From Tubiluchus corallicola (Eukaryota; Animalia; Priapulida), in contig JAQGDQ010000042.1 in the NCBI GenBank assembly GCA_030141605.1, positions 682,001 through 746,000 on the forward strand: a stretch of 64,000 nt of DNA, in the 5' to 3' direction. Position numbers and translations under genes: made by a program. The notes under the pieces are model-generated. The model was not told the DNA's origin. It made no database searches and was given only the letters and a program-made list of their open reading frames with translations. How positions within the stretch are numbered: the first letter of the stretch is position 1; each line of letters starts with the position of its first letter. Of this stretch, positions 38,899 through 51,300 are shown piece by piece.

Positions 38899-39310
38899 GT
38901 TGCTAAGCAATCTAATGTTTAAGTTTAGCACACTCACATATTAGAGATTACCAAGTAATTATATATAGATTAATTTTTTGTAATCGATTAGTAATTGATC
39001 TGGTGTGAGAATACTAACGTTAACACAGTAACACACTCGGAAATGCCGGACTGTTTGACAAGCTTTAAAACTGAAATAAGCGCCTAGACGTGAAATGACG
39101 GGGTACGTGTTCTCTAATAATCGCGGCTACACATGTTATGAAAGAAACTATATGCTGCGTCTCACCTGCAAAGTAGAGAACTCCTAGAATTGAAAATGAG
39201 AAAATTACCACTATGTTATTAGTTTTTCTAAATTATTATTGATGCAAATAAACAAAAACGCCACGCGTAGCAGATGCCATCGGTCGGACTCGTTGCTAGT
39301 GTAAACAAGT
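38899..39310 (-). promoter_or_regulatory. Putative DRC2 promoter / non-coding first exon with RFX X-box and forkhead motifs
   Basis: Minus-strand donor CAG|GTGAG at 39166/39165 pairs with the acceptor at 36386-36387. X-box-like GTTGCTAAGCAAT at 38899-38911; GTTGCTAG abutting GTAAACAA at 39292-39308; ATAAACAA at 39248-39255. The region is locally CpG-richer. Confidence 0.55.
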
Positions 39311-40049
39311 GCAATTTGTTAGTGCCACCTTGTAGTGATTATTACAAGCTCAAGGCCACAAAAGGCCGCTTATGAATCATACTACCTAGAACTTTCGCGC
39401 ATTATTGACTGAATCAACTTCGTACATTGTGGCGTATAGGTAGCATACGTTTTTTCTAGTGAATAAAACTTCATTTCTGTTCAATGTTCGTATCATACAC
39501 TGAAATGCAGCCATGGTTATTCTGCAGCAAGCTAAACTTTATCTTCAAGATTATAATAATTATGTTTGCTAATAAAAAAGAAATCACAGTGTATGAAAAA
39601 AGAAATGATTAATATTATTTTGATGAAAATGGCTTCCATGTTATTGCTATCTGGTGTTTTAAATTAGATTGTTAAGAAAATTATAAATTGTATGTATAAT
39701 GTATAATTATGTGCAATAATTAAACTTTTACGCCCAGTTACTTAGTTTGGACATCTTTTATCTAAGAAATAGACTGATGTTATAGCTCTGATATTATGCA
39801 CATAAGAAAGACCATGTAACACAATGAGAAATCTTGTTTCTCTCCTATCGCTCCATCATTGTTTCGTTAAAGGCACGATATTAACACTTTTAATATAATA
39901 AGGATCCCAGATCTGACTAAATATGCAAAAATTTCAATTTCGTTATCAGAAATAGACTGACCAGCGAAAATTTTAGTATCATAATCTATCTATCTATATA
40001 ATATTATATATATAACAATTATGTCATAAAAATCAAAGAAAGTTTGCAG

Positions 40050-40470
40050 GTTAAGTTTGACAGCCCAGATTTAACTGCCCATGTAAGGTTGTTTCTGTAT
40101 AGTGTCTTTGATTTCATTACATTTCAAATAAAATAAGTTGTATTTTATGAGCTGTTTCGTTGCCATTTGGTTAAGCTGAGTTCTTATAACTATGCGGTAT
40201 AGTTCTGTTTTGTGTTTATTAAATCGTATAGAAGTTCGAATTAATTTACTGTGCCTGTCCTTGGACTTCATTGGTGTTACCTGTGGATTTTACTGTTTAG
40301 TTTAATATTATTAAAAGGATAACTGAGTAGCTAACCTCTTGGTCATCTGTCATTCTCTCTCCCTTTCACCAAATTTATCTGTACAAATGTACTCTGGTTG
40401 TAGACCGAATGTGGTTATTCTATAATATTATTTTGTAGTAAGATGGAGAAACATAAATTTTAGTTCCATT
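40050..40470 (+). mobile_element. Probable LINE/SINE 3' tail remnant
   Basis: GAGTAGCTAACCTCTTGGTC loop motif and ATGGAGAAACATAAA terminus resemble the LINE ends at 8676-8815 and 38755-38892. Confidence 0.4.
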
Positions 40471-40898
40471 TAAGCTGTTTTCCCTAACTTAGTTCGAAAT
40501 AATTTCATGTTTGCTGTGACGGGAGTAAGATAATCCCCGTCAACTTACAGCCTAACTAATTCAGTAATTTCGTTTCACATTCTTAGATCCCTACCAAAAA
40601 GGAAAGTAATGGTCGTAAGACACACCGTTATTTCATTTGTTTAATTATCGTTTGCCAGACGGCGCCACCGACCAAAGTGTCTGTTGATCATTTTGATTAT
40701 CCTAATTGGTTTTTCATGTAACACCTATGTTACTCATTTTTAAAAATAACTTCGTAATATAAAAGCAGTGGTCATCCATCGTTTTGGTGCTAAACTCATA
40801 TAGTTCTTATACTAGTGAAGTAAACGCTCGTAACATTTTAAAACATTTTTTGCTTCAGAATTTTTAATTATCACGTGAACTGGTTCACTGAATTACTG

Positions 40899-43800
40899 AT
40901 GATGTCTGGAGAATCGCATAAAACAATTGTCAAAGGTACTCCTAGTAAATATGTGAAGCTAAACGTTGGCGGAGCTCTTCATTATACTACTATGCAGACG
41001 TTAACTAAACACGACAACATGCTGAGGGCTATGTTTAGTGGTCGTATGGAAGTTCTGACGGATTCCGAAGGTAAACATATTATACGGAAAATTCTTGATA
41101 ATCCTTTGAATATTTACATCTCAAACTGTGCAAACCCACTTACTATTATTAATTTATTTGATTTTACTGCAGAACCTATCACGTTATATGGCTCTTGTGT
41201 ATGGGGACCTAGCATTCTTAAAATTAAAACCAATTGCCCACATATTTAAACTAAATTTGACAGTGTGCCTAGAGAAGGCCAATATGAAATTATGCAGATT
41301 TCTTTTGAATGTCAATAACAAATATCGAGCGAATACGCGACCAGGGAAGAACTGGGCCATTTCCCCACATTTATTAAAATAAGGATAAAATCTGCTAAAA
41401 TTGCCATTGGATTTTTTAATGAACCTTATGATAGTTATGTATGCCAATCTTATAATGAAAGCCAAGTCTTAGCTAAGAACTATTTTGTTGGACTACTTTT
41501 GTCAAGTATATATTATGTGTATATGGGTTTGAACATGTTTGGAATAACCAGACCTAAGCGAGACCTAACTAGAAAACTATTTACTTTGTGGTTATTCCAA
41601 ATATGCTGCAACAAAATTTACAAAACAGAGAATCAGCCCTCATACTTTGTGTATTAAACGAGGGAGGTACATTAAGCCTCAAAAAATCCCGGCTGAGAAT
41701 CGTATATGCACATATTGTTTAAGAAATGAAATCGAAATTGAATTGTACTTTGCTATAAAATGCCCATATTACAATGATCTTAGAGGAAAATTATATAATC
41801 GCATCAATACCATTATACCAGAATTTTTCCTTATGAGCGATGCTTATAAATTTTTATTCTTGATGGGAAGTAATTAAGGCATTTATTGATTATGTTGAAA
41901 AAGCGTTTTTAAGGCATGATGAACAACGTACTATGTAATGATCATATCATTGAAAGTGAGGCATGATGAGTGACAATTTATTTTAAGTACTATAATCATT
42001 AAACTCTTCATTTAAATAACTAAAGTAACTAACATGAACAATTTTATAATGTTATTTTTATCAATAATTATTTTGTTTGTCTGTGTTAAAATGTTTCAAA
42101 ATCGAAAATGTATGTATGTCTTGTTTTCTTTGTATTGTATGTATTTTTAGCTCTTACTTACCAACAAAGGGAATAAAAATATAAATAGCTGATAAAATTA
42201 AACTAACATTTATTGTATTGATTCTTCCAATAAAATCAGTTGTTAAACATTAACAAAACATTCTGTACAGCAAAGATTAATCAACGCAAATACTTGAACA
42301 ATGTAATGTGACCCTTGAAAAATAATGTACATAGATTTTCAATGGGCCCCTATGCTTGTGGAGCCCCTGAACAACTAGCATGCTCATGCATTAAGATAGC
42401 CCTTGTGATCTGTGCATAAAAGAGGGCATATTTCTTTACATATGCGTACAACACATTTGTGGTCCTCAACATCTGTTAAAAAGTACCCTAGCTGTGAACT
42501 TGATTACTGTTATAAATGCTGTTTAGTAGAGAAAATTTATATTAATTAGTGAAATATACTGCCTATACCACTATGGAAGAGCTAAATGTTTACAGTTCAT
42601 GCATAATGACCAAGTTTAAGCACCACTTTGCATTTTACAGTGCAGCACATTCCAAGCCTGGTCAGTAAATTGAATGTTGATCAGCAGCAAAAATGCTTTT
42701 TGACAGTTTCATCTACTATACTGCTTTCAGCTGTATATCTTGTATGTAAACATCTGAATGTAGTTAAGACGCTTTCAGCTGCATATCTTGTATGTAAACA
42801 TCTGAATGTGGTTAAGACGTTTCTACCTGCTCAATTTCTCATCTTAGAGAATTAATGTTGACAAGGAACTAACTGGTGGTCTTGCCACAACCATCCTTAT
42901 TTATTAGTCCCTTCCATAGAGTTCCATGTGCTGCTTACGGACAGCCAAATAGATTTGATTACATTTATTGCTGACAGCTCCAGTATTAGTCTAGAATGAA
43001 GCAGAATTACTAGTCAATTATTTTCAGGGTGGATTTTAATTGATCGACCAGGACGGCATTTTGGTAAAATTTTGAACTACCTACGTGACAGTGATGTCCC
43101 ACTGCCAGATTCTAGCAGAGAGATTATGGAGCTAATGGCTGAAGCCAAATATTATTGTATTAAGGTAAATATAAATTCATAAACAAGTCCTAATTTACTT
43201 CTCACACATGCATCACAAACATCAAATTCACGGGTAACTTGACTTTGCATATTGCAATTAAAACTTATAAAATAGCAATACAATTTATATATGTAGGAAA
43301 TATGTGGTTTAAGAAAAAAAATCTTCTAGTCTTGCTTTGCAATGTCATACATCTTTGCATTTATTTATATGTAACTGATGGTCCCAACTTTGCAAATGTA
43401 TTCTCAAAGAATGACACTGTGTTTCTGTTTATTAACAGTCACTTGTGGACTTGTGTCAACATGCATTGAGAAGGAAAGAAACTGAACTGGATCCGATCTG
43501 TCGTGTCCCGCTCATTACCTCACAGAAGGAAGAACAAGAACTGATTAAAAGTACAACTAAGGTGCACATTATCATGTTTATTTGATAAAATGTGACAAAA
43601 GTTTCAAACAATGCATATTGGTACTTGCATCTTATGTTATGCTTGTATTTTGAAATTTAAAAGTTATGCAGCCGAAGTTTTCTGATGAATATACATGTGT
43701 GTTCAATTTGTCTATAATTTTTAAGGTGCTTTGATCTTCAGACTGTACTCTTTTCAACTAAATTAGTGTGGTTAGTGTGTATTCACACTGTATCTTAAAT

Positions 43801-46058
43801 TTTGTCTTCAGCATTTAAATCTATCATTTGAAAGAAAGCTGTTATAATTTTTAAAAGATTATAAAATAACATTTTGGTGTTAATATTTGCATTTTGCTTA
43901 ATACCCGATTTATATTGGCAATTCCAGTCCAGCCAGGGTTGGACTATTAATGAATGTGCATTTTTAACATTTATGGAAGGATGATGAACAGCTTAGCTCA
44001 GGTTTCAGTTAATCTATTACAAAGTTTCACAGAGTTTTTTAAATTTACAGCCAGTTGTAAAGCTTCTAGTCAACAGACACAATAACAAGTATTCATATAC
44101 AAGGTATGTAATGCATTGTTTAACTAATACAGGAATGTAATTTGTATTAGTAATTTGTTAATAGTTCATTGAACTTTAGAAAGAATTGTAATTTTACGTT
44201 TTAGTTAGTGTTCTGTTCGTGTGCATAAATTGTAAAGCTTTTCGGACATCTATTTCACACTACATATGGCTTAGTTACAGCCACTTTGCTCTTATTTTTT
44301 ATATAATTTGTGAAGAAGTTTTTGATTTGACAAAAATGATTAAGTTGTTATTTATTTAACCGTGAATTGCTAATAAAGTGATGTTCAAATAATTATATTT
44401 ACCTGTAGTTTTAAGTAAACTTGGCAAATTATAAATGTTATCACTCTAGCTTCATGTTGTCTGCATTGTCATGGTTACTGAGAGATGCTGTAACCTTTGG
44501 GTGGTGCATTTTTTACTTTTTCCATATTTTCAAATGTACAACGTTGTTGTTCATAATTGCAGCCAGTCAGATGACAACCTACTGAAAAACATGGAACTGT
44601 TTGATCGTCTGTCGCTACGTTTTAGTCGACGAATTCTCTTTATCAAAGATGTCATCGGGAGTAATGAAATATGCTGCTGGTCATTTTATGGTCATGGTCA
44701 GAAAGTAGCCGAGGTCTGCTGCACATCAATTGTATATGCTACTGAGAAAAAACACACAAAGGTATTACAAGGAAGAATTTTGAGAATACTTTGTGATTCA
44801 CTTAGCAATTATGTGTAATTCAAAATTTCACATAGGCAGTGTTTTGTAAACAAAAATTCTGCAGTCCGCACAGTGCAGTTTTCAAAAATTTAATTTCCTG
44901 TTTTCATTATGGGCAACAACAGTAACAGCCAACTTACCATTTAATTACTGTTTATAACACCATGAATGTACGTACTGTATGGAAAATTTCTATTGAACGT
45001 TCGAACGCATATTTTTGGATTCCAGAGGAAGTATCATTGTAGAACCGCAATTTCAAAGTGGATTTGAGTTATTTTTCACTGGTTAAATTAGTTAATAACG
45101 AACTTTGTGTGGTTAGACAGAGAATTTTTCTGGCCTTCTAACTGTGTATGACACCATAAATTTCCTTTATGTACCGCAAAATTGTTGTTTCCAAGTTTCT
45201 CTCATATCGTACTTCTTTTACAACTATTTAATTGCACTCACACTTTTTTTAGCAAAGAAGTGTTATATAACGAAGGAAAAGTTTTTGTTTTTCTCATCCT
45301 AGTTGAACACACCATCATTATCCTGTTTGCATTTTGTTATTGCATTTTAAAACTTTAGAAACGTTTGGACTATTGTGAAAGCTATTTTTTATACATCAAA
45401 AGCGACTGCATAGAAACTTGTATGTTTGATTTAGTTTCATAACAAAAATATCCAATGGCTTGGTTATACAACAACCTGTTAATTCTGCAGCAAACAATTT
45501 TGACGTAAAAACATTTTTCTTTGCTGTCAAGCATTTTAGGTCCCACTCTTGCATTACACATTTTTTTATTATTTATTCGTACATAAATTACATTAATACA
45601 AAACGGTACATTAGTAATATTTACAAGTATAATTAGTTACATGTTTGCAATACATCACATATACATCATACATCAAAATTATACAAAGGAAAAAACAAAA
45701 CATACAATATTGAAAAGTTGATGGTATTCATTATAGGGATTTGTCCCACATTTTGGTATTAGGTTATTGAAAGTCTTTCAGTGTCTCCGTTGTGCCATGT
45801 TACACATATAAACAGCAATTTGAATTGGCCTATATTTGTGAACATGAAAACATGTTTTGTATTTTTTAGGTTGAATTTCCAGAGGCTAGAATATATGAGG
45901 AGACGTTGAATATATTACTATATGAGAAATGTCCAGGTGGTGACGAACATCAACGACCCAGTCATGAGCTCATGCAAGCAACCAGATGGCCAGCTACATA
46001 CCAGAGTGATGAAGAAGACACAAAGGATTTAGATAAAGTAAGGAGACACAAGACTTAG
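40899..46058 (+). CDS. KCTD10: BTB/POZ CUL3 adaptor BACURD (KCTD10/KCTD13/TNFAIP1 family), complete, ~290 aa
   Basis: Exons 40899-41070, 43028-43164, 43439-43561, 44051-44103, 44563-44761, 45870-46058. Peptides [74 protein letters not shown] and [45 protein letters not shown]. Probably co-orthologous to the three vertebrate paralogs. Confidence 0.96.
41100..42185 (+). mobile_element. Decayed RTE-X-like LINE 3' fragment in KCTD10 intron 1
   Basis: LYGSCVWG, followed by [38 protein letters not shown] (decayed C-terminal CCHC knuckle), a T-rich 3' UTR and AATAAA near 42172. Confidence 0.75.
42723..42818. repeat. 48-bp tandem duplication (2 copies, 2 mismatches)
   Basis: GCTTTCAGCTG(T/C)ATATCTTGTATGTAAACATCTGAATGT(A/G)GTTAAGAC occurs twice in tandem. 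Confidence 0.92.
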
Positions 46059-48239
46059 CATTGGAATTTCTAATATTCATTATGTATTATACGTGACTGA
46101 ACAGATCCGGTTGAATTAAAGTATTGTTTATGGTTATGTAGTGCATTGTACTAATCACCTGTTTAATAATGATTAATTTCAACTTTTTTGTTAGTTTTTG
46201 GACAGCTGTTTTTGTTATAAAAAGTCAAAGTAAAACTGCTATTTTAAGAAAGATTTTTTTTGTTTTAGAATTTTGTGCACTGTATTAAATTTGTTGATAT
46301 TATCTTTGATTGATTGATCGTTGAAAATTTTGCATTTATTAGTGGTAGCAAAAAATCCTTGTTTGTAAATAATGAAGTTAGCTAAAATCAGTATTGTATT
46401 GTTATATGTATTCATGATGTTAGAGAGTATATACATGGAATTCTTATTATAAATATGAGTAGTCTACATTAAAATCTGTAAATGTTTTCAAAAGTTGCTG
46501 TTGTAAAAAACTGTAATGAAATGCGAGGATGGTCTTGCTTAAGAAGCTTTCTAGTAAAACTGTTAAAAGCTTGTAGTCTTGTCACATTTTGATGGCCTTC
46601 TACTTATTTTCAACTATTTGTCAAACAGTGTTTTTTCTATTTCAAGTTTTTGCTCTTTGAACATAAATGTTGCCATCCTCACAGTGACTTGTGGAGCAAT
46701 GCATACAGCCAGTTAGGGTTCTGTGGGAAAGTTTTAAGAGACTAATGGGGAATGCCATCATATTTTCTGCATCTGAGGTTTTTTTGGTTTACAGTAACAG
46801 TACTAAGATTAGAAAGATTTATGTAATAAATATCTTGATAGTTTAAACATTAAGAGATAGAGTATCTGAATTTTAAACTTGCCTCATCAGTTTTTCACTG
46901 TCTGCTGCAACAAACGGAACATTTCGTTGGTGGCTGAAGAGTTGCCATGTTCTGAGGAAAAGAAAACGGCCTGTTAGATAATGCAAACATGATTAATAAT
47001 AAGCCTTTAATTGCCTTAATTAGCAAATATATTACACCAGCTTGTGATAAAACATGTTACTAAATTGCTTGAAAATTTTTTTGGGGGGTAATTATTCCTA
47101 TGTTTATCTGTTTTTTCCGTGTAATAATTATTTACGAGATTAGACATTGTTTATAGTAACTGTTGTAAATCACAAATAATATTGTTATTAATAATAATAA
47201 TAATAATGATATGTATCATAAGGTTTTGCTGTTGGGCTTGTTTCGAAAATTTAATAAATCTATACCCTGTTTAGTCTGTTTTACATCGAAAGATGGTGCA
47301 AGCAACATTTTTGGATACAATTTTATTAAAATTTGTATAAGTTAGTTGTATGAAGTATGGTTTAGTTCACTGTTCAAAAAAGTGTGTGTTTACCTTGTCA
47401 ACGATTAATGACTATTTGGGTGATGGATGCTTGGATATGAAAATTAAAATAATTTAGAAAAAATGTCTATGGAGATTGAAGATTAAAATAGCTGGAGAAG
47501 AAAATTCCCAGGTTTGAGAAAAGCAGTTGGGCTATGAAATTTATTGTGATGTCATCCACTATTAGAAGGAAAGTGCATGCATAAGGGAAGAAATGTCACT
47601 TAATGTGGGTAAAATGGCTCTGGCAGTTTAGTGCATCATTTAAAGGATCCTTGAAAATGAGATAAGTTGTGCCGCCACATATTTGGCAGATTTAGTGTCC
47701 AGGCATTTAGTGGTAGGTACACACGTTTACGAACGACAATATTACACATAACATCTGCACTACGCATACATTCATGATATTAGTGTTAATATAACGTACT
47801 TAAATGTACTTTACGTTACATAACATTTTAAGCGATTTAAGATGACTAATGCTTTGCAATCTATATTAGTTTAATATTTTATTTTAGATAACTATGCGAT
47901 GAATCTGACTACAGATTTATAGTTATCTGTAATTATTTATTTGAATGATAGCTTGATAGAGTAGCATAATTATGTAATTTTATCCATCTTAACTAGGTCA
48001 GTGGTGTGGAGTGTGCGTAATTAGATAGTCTGAGATGCATAAGTTGGAGTTGAAACCTGTTATAGTGATATCTTTTAAATTTCGCTTTGGACTGGGGAGA
48101 TATTTCATTTGTCTTATTTCACTGTGTATGAGTTCCATAAATGTATTTTTGCGCATACATATACAATTGCTTTGCTTACGCGAGAATGCGCCTAACCTAA
48201 GTCAAAGATTCAAAGTTGTGGTTAATATATTGCCCTAGA

Positions 48240-48339
48240 GAGGTAGCTGCGTTCGCCTATGTTCTAGTTGTCGTGACAAAATGGCGATGGAAAAAGTTGG
48301 TATAGTTACGACTTAGTAATTGTTTCATGTAAGCAGGAA
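48240..48339 (+). promoter_or_regulatory. Putative NCoR core promoter / 5' leader with a YY1-type motif
   Basis: CAAAATGGCG at 48277-48286 in a CpG-richer patch directly upstream of the inferred first coding exon. Confidence 0.45.
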
Positions 48340-51300
48340 ATGTCTAGTAAAAGAGGGCCAAATGACAGGTAAAGTTTATTTCAAGATATTGGTAATATTT
48401 TAGGAAGTAATAAAAATTAACTAGTGGACGTTTTTGCGTGTGTCAAAAACTGTTGTAAGATCTGCTTCTGTGACAGGAGATGCTTTATGTTGCAGCTTTT
48501 GTTTTTCAAAATAATTAGCATCATGTATGTAAGTGTTGTTGTGCTTGACTTTAAAGGCTTCAGTGATAAGTGCCTTCCAGACTGGAAGAGAGGCCGATGT
48601 GATAGCGCTGAACACAATATAACCTCGCAAGTATTTCCTTACCCAGTTATCAGTGAGCTTCACAAAGTTGCAAAATAATGATTAATTTTACTATCAACAG
48701 TATTTTAATTCAAATCAATTTTAAGGAAAACGAAAATACAAATTAATATAATTTTGTAGAAACTAGCAAAACCTGACAAAAACATTTTGCATAATGTCCA
48801 AACATTGTGTATTGAAAAACTTCAGAAAGGATATAAAAAGGTGAGGCCGAAATCTTTCAGTGTGTTTCGAGGCTTTTAGATGCAAAGCACAGTTAGTGAA
48901 GTTACAGCAAAGTTAGATTAAAATATAAATAGCACCATTAGAAAGACCATCTAAAAATCAAGAAGTGCCTAAAAATACTGTTATGATACTCTATTTCTAA
49001 TATTTTAGATTTTTTTATATTCATTAATGCCATACATGCGAGTTCGATATGGATGACCAACAGCCCTTGCTAGACAATGCAAAGAAATGCAGGCATGAGT
49101 CATTTGACAATGAATGCTGTACATGTATTGTTTGAACAGTAGCTGTGAACTTTCAGTTTGGTTTTTTAACTTGTAGACAGTTATTGAAGTTATAGCGTTT
49201 TTGGCTTTCTTAATGTTTATGAAACTAGTTGACAGTTGTGACAGCTGGTTGCCATAGAGAAGACCATACAAGAACCTTAACAAGTATAGCTCCTTTTTTT
49301 CAGCTGTTAGAATCTTTCAAAATTTTTAATTGTAGAAAAATCAAATGTTTGTATTTGGTTAAAATAAATTATCACTAATACAAGGAGCATTCTCTGCATG
49401 TTGTTCAGAATGTTGACACTATTTAATCGACGGTAGTAATAAATGAGAAACACAAGACATCAATTAGTGATGGGGAAATTAATAACTATTGACGGCTGGT
49501 GTCATTACTAACAAAGCTGCTGTTGTTCTAAAGATACTCAAAAAAGTGAAAAGTTGTTAAAAAAGTAATGCATTTCTACAGACAAGGAATTAGTAGCAAA
49601 TAAATTTAATTATCCTGTTTCAAATTAAATTAGTATTAATAATAATAATAATAATGCTGATTAGTTTTCTTGAGCTTTGTGAACATTTGTGTCCCTTTTT
49701 CTTTCATTTTAGCCCTTTTTGACATCTTTAACGTCTTCAGCTTTGCCTCGCATGTTAATGATGCCGTCGGACTCCAAATGGAAGACCTCAGGCTGCAACT
49801 GCTCACAGTACCCACAAAACTTGTGCTATTGTTATAGTAGCAATGTGGAAAAATGTTAGCACGAGTTTTCATTTTGCCGCAATATTTCTAAGCAATAGCG
49901 TGTAAACATCTTCTGGTGTTCGGATATGCGGCAAATCTAAACACATTTTCAAACTAAAAAACATATGTTTTTCGTAAGAGTACCACAACAGTAGTTTAGG
50001 TACTTGTTAATTTTTAGATGTTCTTTTCAATGGCGCTATTTATATTTTAATCTATGTTGTCAGACTCGGGTTATAACGACTCGAAATTTATGCCAAAATC
50101 TCAATTTTTAATTTTGGAAGACTCCTAGCTCTAAAACTTTGCACTTGGATGAACTGATGCATACTTGAAATAAGCAAGTGACAAAGTATTTCACATAAAA
50201 AACTTAAACTTATAGGAGCATACCTTCAGAGCCTAAGTGGTTGCTAAATAGGGCCCGAAACAATTAATATCTTTTTTGCTAGGGTTTTTGCTGGTCTATT
50301 GCACAAAAACTTGACCGCCAATTCTGAGTTTTGTAATTGGCACCTGTGTACGTACACATAGAGTCATGCTGTAAATTTCAGACCTGTAGCTAATTTGGTA
50401 GGAAAGATGTATTTAGTGAAAATTTGCTCTGAGAAAAAATTTGCGATGCACCAAAAAAAGTTAGTGACATTTTTTCGTTAATTAGTTAATAAATTTAGAA
50501 GTATTAACTATAATAGGCTAGTTTTCTGTATCCTTCATTAATAGTAATAATAGAACATATTTTGAAATTACCAGCAAATCTGAGATGGTCACAACTGAAG
50601 CATTGGTCCATTTATGCTGGAATGACCCTATACTATTATAATAACAAAAAAACCTATGTTTTCAAAGTTACTGTATTCGTGATGACTTTCGGACTATGTC
50701 AGTTAATGATAGATTAAGAAAGCTTCTTTTTCTTCTATATTTTTAAAATAACTAAATACGTTTTTCTTTTTCTGTAGACCATAGAACATAGTGCATAGTG
50801 TTTTTGAAATTGCAGTTGAAATTTTTGAATTTGAAAATGATGTAATATTTTACTGTGAGCCTGCACTGGTTATGTTATGTTCTGGTTTTACAAATGTGCT
50901 GGGATGAGAATTTTCCGCGGATACGTGGAATTCCAAGTTTTTGGAAGACCAGTAGTGCCATTTTTGTAAATCGCGTAAATTCGTTGAGAAAATTTTTCCG
51001 GGTTGAACCACGTTTTCGTCAAAATCGTGACCGAAACTTTCAGTAGCATTTTTCGAGGTATTTATCCAGCTTACCTTTTATCTCCTAGATGTTAAAAATC
51101 GCTGAAAAATTTTGGCTAAAATAGTTCAAATAAAGCGTAAATATCGTTTATTTGATAATCTGTACGATTTGTAGCATGCCTTTTACGGCAATGCGGCATA
51201 TCTTAATTGCTGACAAATGGGAAGCTTTGAGGCCTCTAGACACAAACAACCGGAAATACCAAAGCGTAATTTAAATAAAACCAAGTTTAATTTTATAATT

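Noticed and set aside
46030-46058. Extra KCTD10 intron at AAA|GTAAGG
   Set aside because: The frame closes naturally at TAG 46056-46058 at a family-typical length, and I found no convincing downstream exon.
49900-50630. Complete DNA transposon ending in GGAATGACCCTA
   Set aside because: Only one terminus-like end was seen, with no partner TIR or TSD. The same applies to TTAAAGG-starting segments at ~6267, ~30691 and ~39867 and to repeat-like tracts at ~53730-54505 and ~58880-59280.
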